The notes below the pieces were generated by a model. That model did not search any database. It was not told the origin of the DNA and worked only from the letters and a program-made list of their open reading frames with translations. From an uncultured Peptoniphilaceae bacterium (lineage in GTDB: Bacteria; Bacillota; Clostridia; Tissierellales; Peptoniphilaceae), in NCBI GenBank assembly GCA_964344625.1, contig CAYFNZ010000003.1:1-56442 (forward strand): DNA of 56,442 nucleotides, in the 5' to 3' direction. The stretch's first letter is position 1, and each line of letters begins with the position of its first letter. Shown one piece after another: positions 14,369 to 25,172 of this stretch. The position numbers were made by a program, and so were the translations under genes.

Positions 14369-16967
14369 ATAAGTCACCCGCCCTATTTTTGAATTCATAA
14401 AGCATATCATATGCTTGTTTAGCAGTCATTTCATCTAAATTTAAGGATTTTATCTCCCTTAAAAGCAAGTCTTTTTCAAGATTTCCAAAATTCATATACA
14501 TTTGATTTGCTTGTTCATATACAAAATCGATGTTTTTATTTTCCATGGATTTTAGGATTTGGCTAGCTCTTTCTATGATTTTAATTGGAATGCCTGAAAG
14601 TTTTGCTACCTCAATTCCATAGGACTTATCTGCAGATCCAGGCATGATTTTCCTTAAAAAGATTAAGTCTCCATGGTCTTCTAAAATGTCTACTTTAAGG
14701 TTACTTACATTATCAAGCTTTTCAGCTATTTGGGTTAATTCATGGTAGTGGGTAGCAAAATATGTCTTTGCCTTAAGATTTTTACTTAGGTATTCAACAA
14801 TGGCTATTGCAATACTCAGGCCATCGTTTGTACTTGTCCCTCTTCCCACTTCATCAAGAATTATAAAGCTATTCTGAGTAGCATTATTTATTATGTTTGA
14901 CATTTCCTTCATCTCAACCATGAAGGTAGAATCGCCCTTAGCCAAGTTATCAGACGCACCAATCCTTGTAAATATTGCATCGGAAATGCAGACATTACAG
15001 TATTTGGCAGGAACAAAAGACCCGATTTGGGCCATTAGGACTATAAGGGCCATTTGTCTCATATAGGTTGATTTTCCCGCCATATTAGGTCCAGTAATTA
15101 TCTTAATCCTGTCATGATTAAGGCCGATTTGGCTGTCGTTAGGCACGAAGCTTGCTAAATCAAGGGTTCTTTCAACTACAGGATGCCTACCTTCCTTAAT
15201 GTCAATAAAGTCTTCTTCATTAAAAACTGGTCTTACATAGTTGTAATTTTTTGCGGTTTCAGCAAAAGAAAGTAAGGCGTCTAGGTTTGCTATTATGTCT
15301 GTTGTAGCCTTTATCCTTGCAGAAGCACTGGCGATTGTTTCCCTTATTTCTACAAAAAGCTTGTACTCCAAGTCTCTTGTATCTGACTGACTACCTAGGA
15401 TTTTGTCCGCAATTTCATTAAGCCTGTCGGTCATGTATCTCTCAGAGTTTTTTAAGGTCTGTCTTCTTATGAAGAAATCAGGAGCGTTACTTATCATTGA
15501 CTTTGTAAGCTCTATGAAATAGCCTACATTTTTATTGTAGGAAATCTTTAGATTTTTTATGCCAGTTTCTTCTTTTAGAATACTTTCATATTCTATAAGT
15601 TCTTTTTTACCATTTATTGACTCATATTTTAAATCATCGAGGTCTTTAGAATAGCCTTCCTTAATTAAGTTTCCTTCTGTTATTACTACTGGGGCATCCT
15701 CTAGAATTGACTTATCAACTAGGACATATAAGTCTCTTAAGTCATCAAGGCTCTCTCCGATTTCCTTTAATTCTTGTGAAGAGGACAGGCTCAATAGATT
15801 CTTAATATTAGGTAAGTTTTCAATAGAGTTTTTTAAGTTTAAGAGCTCTTTTGCATTTGCCTTACCATAAGAAATTTTAGCTAAAATTCTCTCTAAATCA
15901 AAGATTTGATTAAGGTAGTCTGATAGTCTCATAGCCTGGTCTAGGTTATTTACAAGGTATTCAACCAAGTCCAATCTATAATTAATCTTGTCAATGTCCA
16001 GAAGTGGAAATTCAAGCCATGAGTTTATCTTTCTTGACCCCATAGGTGTCTTAGCCTGGTCTAATACGGAAATTAAACTATTTTTCCTAGAATTGTCATA
16101 CAGGCTCTTGTGGATTTCAAGGTTGGCCCTAGTAGATGCATCAACCTTCATATAGTTATTTGCTTCTACATATGTTAAGTCATTGATGTGCTTTAAGGGC
16201 TGGTCTTGAAATAGGTAGATATAGTCTAATAGCATATTAGAGGAAAGTATTGAAAAATACTTTTTCTCTAAATTTTTATCTACATTTTTTTCTAAAAATA
16301 AATTTACTTGTCTAATACTTGTCGCAATATCAGTATCGGGTGTATCAATATATGAAATGAAGATATTATATTGTAGGCAGTAGTTATTAAATAGCTTGTC
16401 ATCTAGCTTAGTATTCAAAAGAATTTCTTTAGGACTTACCTTTACTATGAAGTCTATAAGGTCTTTTGTACTGGAAGCATTTAAGATTTCAGTCGTGTTA
16501 AATTCCCCTGTAGTAACATCGATATAGCTAATTCCATAGGATTTTGACTTGTGAAAAATAGAAAGCAAAAAGTTATTATCCTTTTGCCTGCCCTCTAAAT
16601 CAGTAATAGTCCCAGGGGTTACTATCCTTGTAATAGACCTTTTAACTATGCCTTTTGCAAGTTTAGGGTCTTCTACCTGGTCTACAACGGCAACCTTATG
16701 GCCCATATCCACAAGTTTGTTTAGGTAGGTTTCAGCTACATGATGAGGAATTCCACACATAGGAGCTTTTTGACCGCCGCCACAGTCTCTAGCAGTTAGA
16801 GCTATTTCAAGCTCTCTTGCCGCTGTAGTGGCATCTTCAAAAAACATCTCATAAAAGTCACCAAGCCTATAAAATAGGATGGCATCCTTATTTTCATTTT
16901 TAATTTTCATATATTGTTGCATCATAGGTGTAAACCTTGATGTGTCGAAATTATTCACAAATTTCAC
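14358..16967 (-). CDS. mutS: DNA mismatch repair protein MutS, 869 aa
   Basis: TPMMQQY N-terminus, Walker A GPNMAGKST, and DEVGRGTS. GTG start; an alternative GTG 9 nt downstream has better SD spacing. Confidence 0.95.
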   Translation of the reverse strand: MKFVNNFDTSRFTPMMQQYMKIKNENKDAILFYRLGDFYEMFFEDATTAARELEIALTARDCGGGQKAPMCGIPHHVAETYLNKLVDMGHKVAVVDQVEDPKLAKGIVKRSITRIVTPGTITDLEGRQKDNNFLLSIFHKSKSYGISYIDVTTGEFNTTEILNASSTKDLIDFIVKVSPKEILLNTKLDDKLFNNYCLQYNIFISYIDTPDTDIATSIRQVNLFLEKNVDKNLEKKYFSILSSNMLLDYIYLFQDQPLKHINDLTYVEANNYMKVDASTRANLEIHKSLYDNSRKNSLISVLDQAKTPMGSRKINSWLEFPLLDIDKINYRLDLVEYLVNNLDQAMRLSDYLNQIFDLERILAKISYGKANAKELLNLKNSIENLPNIKNLLSLSSSQELKEIGESLDDLRDLYVLVDKSILEDAPVVITEGNLIKEGYSKDLDDLKYESINGKKELIEYESILKEETGIKNLKISYNKNVGYFIELTKSMISNAPDFFIRRQTLKNSERYMTDRLNEIADKILGSQSDTRDLEYKLFVEIRETIASASARIKATTDIIANLDALLSFAETAKNYNYVRPVFNEEDFIDIKEGRHPVVERTLDLASFVPNDSQIGLNHDRIKIITGPNMAGKSTYMRQMALIVLMAQIGSFVPAKYCNVCISDAIFTRIGASDNLAKGDSTFMVEMKEMSNIINNATQNSFIILDEVGRGTSTNDGLSIAIAIVEYLSKNLKAKTYFATHYHELTQIAEKLDNVSNLKVDILEDHGDLIFLRKIMPGSADKSYGIEVAKLSGIPIKIIERASQILKSMENKNIDFVYEQANQMYMNFGNLEKDLLLREIKSLNLDEMTAKQAYDMLYEFKNRAGDLFED

Positions 16968-18255
16968 CCTCTAATGTAAATGATGTATGTTTTGTTACTT
17001 TAACCTTTACAACTTGGCCTATTAGGGACTTGTCTCCCTCGAAGTGGATTAATTTATTGGAAAATGTTCTACCACTTAGCATTGAGTCATTATTCTTGCT
17101 TGTGCTTTCAACTATTACCTTGTGAATTTTTCCTAATTCAGCCTTATTCTTTTCGTTGAATATTGGATAGATTACATCCAATAGCTCTTGAAACCTTCTA
17201 GACTGGATATCCTTTGGAATTTGGTCTTCCCTCTTTGCAGCAGGGGTCCCTTCCCTAGGTGAATAAATAAAGGTAAAGGCTGAATCAAACCTAGCCTTTC
17301 TACATAGGTCTATAGTTTCTTGGTGGTCTTGTTCGGTTTCCCCAGGAAAGCCTACTATTATATCTGTAGTTATACTTATTTCAGGTACCTTAGCCCTAAG
17401 TTTTTCAACCAAATTTAGGTAAGTTTCTGAATCGTATTTTCTGTTCATTTCCTTAAGAACCTTGTCACTTCCTGATTGAAGAGGCAAGTGGAAATGCTTT
17501 GCTAGCATATCAATGTCTGCCATAGCTTGAATTAATTCATCTGAAAGATCCTTTGGATGGGAAGTCATAAATCTCAAGATATCTAAGTTTTTTACTTCCT
17601 TATCTATGGCATATAAAAGCTCAGGAAAAGTATGGCCGATATCCTTACCATAGGAGTTTACATTTTGACCTAATAAGGTCACTTCCTTATACCCCCTATC
17701 TGCAAGGTTTTTAACTTCTTGAACTATTTCTTCTAGTGGCCTTGAAGCTTCTCTTCCTCTTGCATAAGGAACGATACAATAGGTACAGAAGTTATTGCAG
17801 CCGTTCATAATAGATACATAGGCTGAGAAATTACTTTGTCTAACATAGGCATGTTCTTGGTCCTTGTATTCTTCAACATCTACAATCATTGAATTAGTAG
17901 TCTTGTGAAGGCTGATTAATTCTGGCAATTTATCAATATTTCTAGTTCCAAAAATTATATCTACATGCTTGTATTTTTCCCTGATAACATCCCTTGCTTG
18001 ACCTGTTGACATCATGCACCCACATACTGCAAGAATCATGTCAGGTTTTTCTTTTTTTAGTTTCTTAATGGCACCAAGGTGGCCATATACCTTAAGTTCA
18101 GCATTTTCCCTAATCAGGCAGGTGTTATAGGCTATAAAGTCTGCTTCATTTTCGTCATCTGTAGGTGTATAACCTAAGTCTTCTAATATATATGCAATTC
18201 TTTCGGAGTCATGCTCATTTGCTTGACACCCATAAGTAAAAATTTTATATTTCAT
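16951..18255 (-). CDS. miaB: tRNA (N6-isopentenyl adenosine(37)-C2)-methylthiotransferase, 434 aa
   Basis: Radical-SAM CNNFCTYC cluster, an N-terminal UPF0004 Cys triad and a C-terminal TRAM domain. Confidence 0.93.
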   Translation of the reverse strand: MKYKIFTYGCQANEHDSERIAYILEDLGYTPTDDENEADFIAYNTCLIRENAELKVYGHLGAIKKLKKEKPDMILAVCGCMMSTGQARDVIREKYKHVDIIFGTRNIDKLPELISLHKTTNSMIVDVEEYKDQEHAYVRQSNFSAYVSIMNGCNNFCTYCIVPYARGREASRPLEEIVQEVKNLADRGYKEVTLLGQNVNSYGKDIGHTFPELLYAIDKEVKNLDILRFMTSHPKDLSDELIQAMADIDMLAKHFHLPLQSGSDKVLKEMNRKYDSETYLNLVEKLRAKVPEISITTDIIVGFPGETEQDHQETIDLCRKARFDSAFTFIYSPREGTPAAKREDQIPKDIQSRRFQELLDVIYPIFNEKNKAELGKIHKVIVESTSKNNDSMLSGRTFSNKLIHFEGDKSLIGQVVKVKVTKHTSFTLEGEICE

Positions 18256-18314
18256 ATCTCCTCCGTTTACTCATCTTATATTAACATAAAAAGGCCTGTA
18301 ATTATAGAAAAATG

Positions 18315-19223
18315 CTAATTTTTATTGATCATATATACTCCAGATACGACGAATAATAGACCTAAGATAGTATAAATTGTTAAAGGCTCTCCAAGTATGA
18401 TTGCAGAGAAAATTGCCCCAAATATTGGGATAAATAACCTAAGCATTGATATTTCAGAAGCTGGGTTTGCCATCAATAAGTTATACCAAATAGTGAAGGC
18501 TAGGGCTGAAAGTATGCCTGAATAAATCACTAATAAAATACCTGGTAGGTTAACGGTAAGTGGGTTTTGACTTCCAAAAATCCCTAAAATCAATAGGATA
18601 ATTGAACCCGATAGCATTTGACCTGATGTTAATACCATGGATGGAATCTTGCTTCCATGTTTTTTTACCAAAACAAATGAGATGGCTGTAAATATGGCAT
18701 TAATCATTAAAAATCCTTCACCTGTAAGCTTAAATGATAGGTCAAAGTCCTTATTCAGGTTGGTTACCACTATGCCTATAAAGCCCAGAATAAGGGCATA
18801 GACCTTGTTTAAAGTCATTTTTTCGCTTAAAAATAAGCTGGCAAAAATTACAGATAGGAAAGTGGAAGTTGATTGTAGGATTGCTGACTTTATCCCACTT
18901 GTATTTCCTACGCCAATATAGAATAAGATATAGTTGATTGCAGTTGAAATCAGACCTATTAGGACTATGAATTTAATGTTTGGCTTAAACAATTTAAAGT
19001 CTTCTTTTCTTGTAAAATACATATAGATTGTTACGAATACGCCGGATAGCATAAATCTAATTCCTGCAATTAAGATTTTACTATAATAGTCATCCGCCGC
19101 AATTGAGAAGTACTTGTAGGTTAATTTAAGAACTGGAAAGGCACTTCCCCACAAGGCCATAGCAAACAAGGCCAAAAGTATAGTTTTAACTTTGTTATCT
19201 TTCATTAACTCCTCCATATTCAA
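18315..19223 (-). CDS. EamA/DMT family transporter, 302 aa
   Basis: Ten hydrophobic segments in two EamA-like halves. Confidence 0.82.
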   Translation of the reverse strand: MNMEELMKDNKVKTILLALFAMALWGSAFPVLKLTYKYFSIAADDYYSKILIAGIRFMLSGVFVTIYMYFTRKEDFKLFKPNIKFIVLIGLISTAINYILFYIGVGNTSGIKSAILQSTSTFLSVIFASLFLSEKMTLNKVYALILGFIGIVVTNLNKDFDLSFKLTGEGFLMINAIFTAISFVLVKKHGSKIPSMVLTSGQMLSGSIILLILGIFGSQNPLTVNLPGILLVIYSGILSALAFTIWYNLLMANPASEISMLRLFIPIFGAIFSAIILGEPLTIYTILGLLFVVSGVYMINKN

Positions 19224-19254
19224 AATAAAAACACCCAGCTGAAATAACTGGGTG
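19222..19254 (-). terminator. Intrinsic terminator after the S1 gene: cacccag / ctgggtg then T-rich run
   Basis: 7-bp GC-rich stem and a T5ATTTT tract on the minus strand, read directly. Confidence 0.7.
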
Positions 19255-19273
19255 CAAGTATTGATTTTTATAA

Positions 19274-20539
19274 TTATTCTTCTTCAGAAGCTTCTTCTTC
19301 AGATTCAGAAATTAATTCATCATTTAGATTTAGACCATCTAATAATTCACCAAAGTTAGTACCGAAAGTATTGTCTTCAGAGAAGTTATGTTGAGCTTGT
19401 TCTTTAACAACTTTTCTTTCTTTTCTTTCTCTCTTTGGTCTTTCTTTCTTTTCGAATGACTTGTTTTCTTTAAAAGGTTCTTTTGGTTCCATTAAAGCTC
19501 TCATGCTTAAAGAAATTCTTTGTTGGTCTTGATCGATTTCAAGAATCTTAACTTCTACTTCATCACCAATGTTTAATACATCAGATGGCTTTTCAACGTG
19601 TTCATTTGAAACTTGTGATACGTGAACTAAACCTTCAACGCCTTCTTCAAGTCTTACAAATCCACCGAAGTCTAATAGGTTAACTACTTTACCCTTAACT
19701 ACATCGCCAACCTTGTTATTCTTTAAGAATAAATCAAATGGCTTTTCTTGTAATTGCTTTAAGCCTAAAGAAACTCTATTCTTTTCCCTATTAGCCTTTA
19801 ATACTAAAGCTTCTACTTCTTGACCAACTTCTAATAGGTCAGATGGTTTTTCAATTCTATCCCATGAGATATCAGATACGTGGATTAATGCATCTACGCC
19901 ACCTAGGTCTACGAATGCACCAAAGTCAACTAATCTTACTACCTCACCAGTAATCTTTTCGCCAACTACGATTTTTTCCCAAACCTTATCTAGTTTTTCT
20001 TCTAGAATAGCCTTGCTTGATAAAACAACTCTCTTTTTCTTTTCATCAATGCTAATGATCTTGCAATCAAGAGTTTGTCCAACGAATTGTTTGAAGTTCT
20101 TAACGAAATAAGTTGTAATTTGTGATGCAGGAATAAATCCGTTAATTCCCATAACATTCACTACAAGGCCGCCAGTATTTTCACCAGTAACTTCAGCTTG
20201 AACTACTTCATCTTGTTCATATGCACCTAATAGTTTCTTCCAATTCTTTAAACCTTCTACCCTTCTAGTTGATAAAGCTACGTTACCTTCGCCATCATCT
20301 AGTTTGATTACAAAAACATCTATTTCTTGACCTTCTTCAAAAGCTTTAGTTGGATCTAACGCTTCTTCTTTTGACATTTCATCTAATTTGATGATTCCGT
20401 CAGCACGATATCTAATGTCTACGAATACTTCAGTATCCTTAACATTGATAACAGTTCCTTTAACAATATCCTTAGGATAAATCCTAATCATACTGTCTTC
20501 TACTTGTTCCATAAATTCTTCATTTGTTAAATTGTCCAT
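19274..20539 (-). CDS. rpsA: 30S ribosomal protein S1-like protein with four S1 domains and a K/E-rich, acidic C-terminal tail, 421 aa
   Basis: Repeated GxVxxVxxFGAFVDL/GGVDGLVHVS-type S1 motifs. It follows cmk-plsC as in many Firmicutes. Confidence 0.88.
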   Translation of the reverse strand: MDNLTNEEFMEQVEDSMIRIYPKDIVKGTVINVKDTEVFVDIRYRADGIIKLDEMSKEEALDPTKAFEEGQEIDVFVIKLDDGEGNVALSTRRVEGLKNWKKLLGAYEQDEVVQAEVTGENTGGLVVNVMGINGFIPASQITTYFVKNFKQFVGQTLDCKIISIDEKKKRVVLSSKAILEEKLDKVWEKIVVGEKITGEVVRLVDFGAFVDLGGVDALIHVSDISWDRIEKPSDLLEVGQEVEALVLKANREKNRVSLGLKQLQEKPFDLFLKNNKVGDVVKGKVVNLLDFGGFVRLEEGVEGLVHVSQVSNEHVEKPSDVLNIGDEVEVKILEIDQDQQRISLSMRALMEPKEPFKENKSFEKKERPKRERKERKVVKEQAQHNFSEDNTFGTNFGELLDGLNLNDELISESEEEASEEE

Positions 20540-20600
20540 TATTTCTTGACGACCTCCTAATAATCAGGGGTACAATTACCCACTGTCTTTTAATATTGTA

Positions 20601-20650
20601 TAATAAAAACAAAAGTATTGCAAAAAAATATGCTCGTTTTTACAATACTT
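20601..20650 (-). terminator. Terminator after plsC: 14-bp AT-rich stem aagtattgcaaaaa / tttttacaatactt followed by a T-run on the minus strand
   Basis: Inverted repeat with one mismatch, read directly in the 138-bp plsC-S1 gap. Confidence 0.55.
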
Positions 20651-20677
20651 AATACTTATTTAATATAAAATATACAT

Positions 20678-21250
20678 TTAAGTTAAATTATATATAGAAT
20701 CGTATACATCTTGAGCAATCTTGTTATAGGATTCTTTCTTATCAAGGTGTTTATACTTATCTATTTCTATCATTGGCTTAAATACAGCTTTTACTTGTGT
20801 AAAAGGAATATACCTGCCCTTGATTTCAATCGGTAAAATATTTGCATCAGCCCTTAAAGCAATATAGGCAATACCATTTTTTATATTTTCCCTTTTTACT
20901 TCCTTTACCCTTGTACCTTCAGGGAAAATACCTAGGTAATTACCTTCATTTAAGACCTTTACTGATGACTTTATCGCCTTTAAGTCAAGGTTTTGTCTAT
21001 CGACTGGGATAGCTCCTAGACTAGTCATAATATATGCAAAAAACTTGTTTGAAAATAACTCTTTTTTAGCTATAAAGTGAACCTGTCTTCCAAAAGAAAC
21101 TCCTAATATAAAGGGATCTAAAAAGGATATATGGTTTGCACATATGATTAACTTACCTTCTGGTAGGTTTTCTGGCTTATTTTCTGTCTTAAAGAAAAAT
21201 AATAATTTAATAAAGGGCCAAGCTAAGATATAAACTATTTTATATAACAT
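20678..21250 (-). CDS. plsC: 1-acyl-sn-glycerol-3-phosphate acyltransferase, 190 aa
   Basis: NHISFLDP (HX4D) and FPEGTR motifs. Confidence 0.87.
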   Translation of the reverse strand: MLYKIVYILAWPFIKLLFFFKTENKPENLPEGKLIICANHISFLDPFILGVSFGRQVHFIAKKELFSNKFFAYIMTSLGAIPVDRQNLDLKAIKSSVKVLNEGNYLGIFPEGTRVKEVKRENIKNGIAYIALRADANILPIEIKGRYIPFTQVKAVFKPMIEIDKYKHLDKKESYNKIAQDVYDSIYNLT

Positions 21251-21893
21251 TTCTTTCCTCTAGATATTTAATCATTGTATCGATAACTTGATTTATGTCA
21301 AGTCTTGAGCTGTCTATTTCTATGGCATCTTCAACCTTTGTAAGTGGTGAGATTTTCCTGTTTGAATCAAACTCATCCCTTCTTATTATATCCTTAAGAA
21401 TAGTTTCAAAAGAAAGAGTCTTATCATTAAGTTGGTCCAATCTTCTTTGGGCCCTAATTTTAGGATCGGCAGTTAAGTAAAATTTAATGGAAGCATTTGG
21501 AAGAACCTTGCTTCCTATATCCCTGCCATCAACAACTATATTGGCATTTTCAGAGATTCTTCTTTGCTCTTTTACTAAATACTCCCTAACCAGGTTATAT
21601 GAAGAAACAAGAGAAACATTTTTTGTAACTTCCTGGCTTCTAATTTCCCTATCAACATTCTTGCCATTTAGGAAAAAAGCCCCATCTCTTATTTCTAGTT
21701 TGATTTTTCCTATGTTGTCATTAACGATTGATTCATCATTAATATCTAGCTTGTTTTCTAAATAATATAGGGTAAATGCCCTATACATAGCTCCTGTATC
21801 TAGATATTCAAAGCCAATTTTATCTGCCAATAATTTGGATATTGTTGATTTGCCAGCACCTGAAGGGCCGTCAATAGCTATTGACTTATACAT
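21240..21893 (-). CDS. cmk: Cytidylate kinase, 217 aa
   Basis: IAIDGPSGAGKST P-loop and the LDTGAMYR motif. Confidence 0.95.
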   Translation of the reverse strand: MYKSIAIDGPSGAGKSTISKLLADKIGFEYLDTGAMYRAFTLYYLENKLDINDESIVNDNIGKIKLEIRDGAFFLNGKNVDREIRSQEVTKNVSLVSSYNLVREYLVKEQRRISENANIVVDGRDIGSKVLPNASIKFYLTADPKIRAQRRLDQLNDKTLSFETILKDIIRRDEFDSNRKISPLTKVEDAIEIDSSRLDINQVIDTMIKYLEERNVI

Positions 21894-23122
21894 TATTTAC
21901 CTCCATTTTTAGCATTTAGACCGGCTAAATAGCCAGTAGAATATGCTATTTGTAGATTGTAGCCACCAGTTAAGGCGTCTACATCAATCATTTCCCCTGC
22001 AAAATATAAGCCAGATACCAGCTTACTTTCCATAGTCGATGGATTTATTTCTTTAACATTTATTCCGCCACTAGTTATTATAGCATATTTGATGTCCATT
22101 AAAGAGTCGAATTCAAGGTCAAAGTGCTTGAAAACTTGAAGCAAATTATTTCTATCTTTTTTTGAAATCTGATTAGCCTTTTTTTCCTTTTCTATTTCTG
22201 CCCTCTTCAGGATAATTGGGATTAGGGCCTTAAGGGTAAGACTTTCTAAAATACTTGATATCTGTTTGTTGGGATTGGCATCAAGTTCTTTTATAAGCCT
22301 ATGATCAAGGGTTTCTATGTCCAAAGCAGGCTTCATGTCAATATATAAATTACTTAGTTTATCTATATTTTTATTGATATAAGATGAAGCAGAAAGGACT
22401 ATGGGGCCAGATATTCCTTTACCGGTAAAGAGCATTTCCCCAAAATGACTATATTTCTTATTTTTAATTTTATAATTTAAGGACACATTTTTTAAACTGA
22501 TACCGCTTAAGTCCATTAGTTCCTTATCTTTAAGTAGAATTGGAACAAGCCCTGGCCTAGGATCTTTAATTGTGTGACCAAAGTTACTTGCAAACTTATA
22601 TCCATCGCCGGTAGACCCAGTGCTTGGATAAGACAAGCCTCCACAGGCAAGAATTAGTTTATCAGCTTCTTCTAAGAGCATATCCCTTGAATAAACCTTA
22701 AATTTATCACCTATCTTTTCTATATAGGTTACATCTTTATTTAACCTTATTTTTATATTTTTTTGCCTACATATCTTCTCAAAAGTTTTTAAGACATCTG
22801 ATGACTTATCTGAAGAGGGAAAGACCCTATCTCCTCTTTCAACCTTTGTTTTTAAGCCATTTTCATTTAAAAGACTTATGATATCCTTGTTTGTAAAGGA
22901 ATTAAAGGCAGAGTATAAGAATTTTTTATTAGTCACAACCTGGTCCATTATCTCTGGCATGGGCTTGTTGTTTGTAAGATTACACCTGCCCTTACCTGTT
23001 ATAAATAGTTTTTTACCTATTTTTTCATTTTTTTCTAAAATGACAACTTCATTGTCTTGACTTTTAGAAGAAATTGCAGCTAATAGCCCAGCTGGCCCTC
23101 CCCCTATTACTAGTATTTTCAT
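21893..23122 (-). CDS. NAD(P)/FAD-dependent oxidoreductase, HI0933/BaiN-like flavoprotein, 409 aa
   Basis: ILVIGGGPAGLLAAI dinucleotide fold, GKGRCNLTN, and a C-terminal GGYNLQ-type motif. Confidence 0.85.
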   Translation of the reverse strand: MKILVIGGGPAGLLAAISSKSQDNEVVILEKNEKIGKKLFITGKGRCNLTNNKPMPEIMDQVVTNKKFLYSAFNSFTNKDIISLLNENGLKTKVERGDRVFPSSDKSSDVLKTFEKICRQKNIKIRLNKDVTYIEKIGDKFKVYSRDMLLEEADKLILACGGLSYPSTGSTGDGYKFASNFGHTIKDPRPGLVPILLKDKELMDLSGISLKNVSLNYKIKNKKYSHFGEMLFTGKGISGPIVLSASSYINKNIDKLSNLYIDMKPALDIETLDHRLIKELDANPNKQISSILESLTLKALIPIILKRAEIEKEKKANQISKKDRNNLLQVFKHFDLEFDSLMDIKYAIITSGGINVKEINPSTMESKLVSGLYFAGEMIDVDALTGGYNLQIAYSTGYLAGLNAKNGGK

Positions 23123-23130
23123 ACATGCTC

Positions 23131-23823
23131 CTATAAATTATAAAGATATTCTACTTCTTTTTGACTTAATTTCCTATAATTTCCTATTTTTAAGTCTCCT
23201 AATTTTAATTTTTCTATTCCTGTCCTATTTAAATCAATTACTTTATAAGAAAAACTATCAAACATCCTTCTTATTTGGCGATTTTTTCCTTCAGAAATCT
23301 TAATTACAACTTTGTTCTTTTCTGGAAGTAAGCTAATATAGGACTTATTTGTCACATAACCCCCTATATCTACACCATTTTCAATTTGGGACATATGCTT
23401 AATATTAAAGTCTTTGTCTAGGGTTACTTCATATTCCTTAAAAATTTCATTTTTTGGATGCATTATCCTATTATAAAGGTCTCCATCATTTGAAATTATT
23501 ATTAGCCCCCTTGAGTCAGCATCTAGCCTACCGATAGAAAATAGTTTTTCCTTAGAATCAATTAGGTCAAAGATGGTCTTTTTTGCAAACCTATCTTTAT
23601 TGGTGCAAACATAGCCTACTGGCTTATTTAGGAGATAATAAAGTTTTTCTTCTACAGGCTCTAGTAGTTTATCTTCAAAATAAACAAGGTCATCATTTTT
23701 TACCTGATAACCCAATTCTTTCATAACTATGCCATTTACTTTAATTTTTCCAGCAAGGATTAAGTCATCGGCCTTTCTCCTAGAACATAGGCCTGACCTT
23801 GCGATATATTTATTAATCCTCAT
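23131..23823 (-). CDS. rluB: rRNA pseudouridine synthase, RsuA/RluB family, 230 aa
   Basis: N-terminal S4 domain (RINKYIARSGLCSRRKAD), catalytic GRLDADSRGL, and NRQIRRM. Confidence 0.87.
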   Translation of the reverse strand: MRINKYIARSGLCSRRKADDLILAGKIKVNGIVMKELGYQVKNDDLVYFEDKLLEPVEEKLYYLLNKPVGYVCTNKDRFAKKTIFDLIDSKEKLFSIGRLDADSRGLIIISNDGDLYNRIMHPKNEIFKEYEVTLDKDFNIKHMSQIENGVDIGGYVTNKSYISLLPEKNKVVIKISEGKNRQIRRMFDSFSYKVIDLNRTGIEKLKLGDLKIGNYRKLSQKEVEYLYNL

Positions 23824-24412
23824 CTTCTATAACCTCATCTAGAAAAGCTAGATTTTCAACTTCATCGTCTTCTTCTTGAATCATAAATTCATCAAGGCTT
23901 TCAAGCTTATCTACACTTGGAAGTTCATTAAGTGAAGAAATATCAAATAAGGCCAAAAATTCGGTAGTTGTACCATAAAGGATAGGTCTACCTATTTTTT
24001 CAAGCCTTCCAACTTCCTTGATTAGGCTTTTTGATAGCAGGGTTTCAATTGAACCATAGGACTTAACCCCTCTTATATCATCTATTTCTACCCTGGTAAT
24101 AGGTTGCTTATAGGCGATAATCGACAGGACTTCCATAGCAGAATTTGATAAGGACTTTTTCTTACTAGTCTTTACTAGTTTGGAAATGTAGATATCATGC
24201 TCAGGTCTAGTTGAAAACTGAAGATAGTCATTGTACTCATTTAAGATGATACCTCTTCTATAATGCTGGCATTCATCTTTTAATTGATTGACTAGGGCCC
24301 TTGTTTCTTTTTTAGGAAGTTCTAATATTTTAGAAATTTCATCGATATGAATAGGCTCAGCCCAGACATATAAAATTGATTCAATTATTGAAATATACTC
24401 TCTATCATTCAT
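23813..24412 (-). CDS. scpB: Segregation and condensation protein B
   Basis: IESILYVWAEPI and KQPITRVEIDDIRGV motifs. I prefer the ATG at 24412, which overlaps the scpA stop (ATGAATGA), over the ORF-track start at 24460 that adds a K/R-rich out-of-frame read of scpA. Confidence 0.88.
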   Translation of the reverse strand: MNDREYISIIESILYVWAEPIHIDEISKILELPKKETRALVNQLKDECQHYRRGIILNEYNDYLQFSTRPEHDIYISKLVKTSKKKSLSNSAMEVLSIIAYKQPITRVEIDDIRGVKSYGSIETLLSKSLIKEVGRLEKIGRPILYGTTTEFLALFDISSLNELPSVDKLESLDEFMIQEEDDEVENLAFLDEVIEDED

Positions 24413-25172
24413 ATTTCTCTTTATCTTCCTCTTTCTTTTCTTCTTCACATGATTGTACAATAATTTCTTTTGTAATGCTATCTTGACTAATAGTAAGCTT
24501 CTTATTTTTTGACAGTTCCAGTATTGACAAAAATATTATGATAGCTTCAGATTTATCGGTTACCTTTTTAAGCATTTTACTTATACTCAAAATCCTTTTA
24601 GATAGGAGGTCAACCTTTATTTTCTCAGAGTACTCATCTAGAGAATATTCTGCTATATTTAATATTTTTTCAACCTTAAAGTCTTCCTCAATTTGAGATT
24701 TTAGGATTATTGCGTCCATGGTAAGCTTTAAGACTTCAAGGTCATAGACAATATTGTCCTCCTGAGCTTTCAGGAGATTTGAATATGAAGAAAGGTCTTC
24801 TTGGAGCTTGACGTGTTTTTTAAGACCTATTTTTTCTTGGTCTCTTAGGAGGATTGCTAATTTCTTTATCCTCTTATACTCTACCAATCTTCTAACTAGT
24901 TCTTCTTTTGAAAGCTCCTCTTCCCCTTCTTCTTCCTCGACTTCAATGCTGTCTTTGACAAGGGTTTTTGTCTTGATTTGTAAAAGACTTGCTGCAATTA
25001 AGATAAAGTCTGTTAGCTCTTCAGATGGTATGTCGATGGTATTTATTTGTTCTATATAGGAGTTTGTTATTTCTGAAAGTTGGATATTATAGATGTCCAT
25101 CTTGGACTTTTCAATAAGTTCCAGCAAGAGGTCGAAAGGACCGTAAAACTCCCCAGTTCTAACATTTATCAT
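24405..25172 (-). CDS. scpA: Segregation and condensation protein A (kleisin), 255 aa
   Basis: FYGPFDLLLELIEKSKMDIYNIQLSEIT N-terminus, typical of ScpA. Confidence 0.9.
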   Translation of the reverse strand: MINVRTGEFYGPFDLLLELIEKSKMDIYNIQLSEITNSYIEQINTIDIPSEELTDFILIAASLLQIKTKTLVKDSIEVEEEEGEEELSKEELVRRLVEYKRIKKLAILLRDQEKIGLKKHVKLQEDLSSYSNLLKAQEDNIVYDLEVLKLTMDAIILKSQIEEDFKVEKILNIAEYSLDEYSEKIKVDLLSKRILSISKMLKKVTDKSEAIIIFLSILELSKNKKLTISQDSITKEIIVQSCEEEKKEEDKEKYE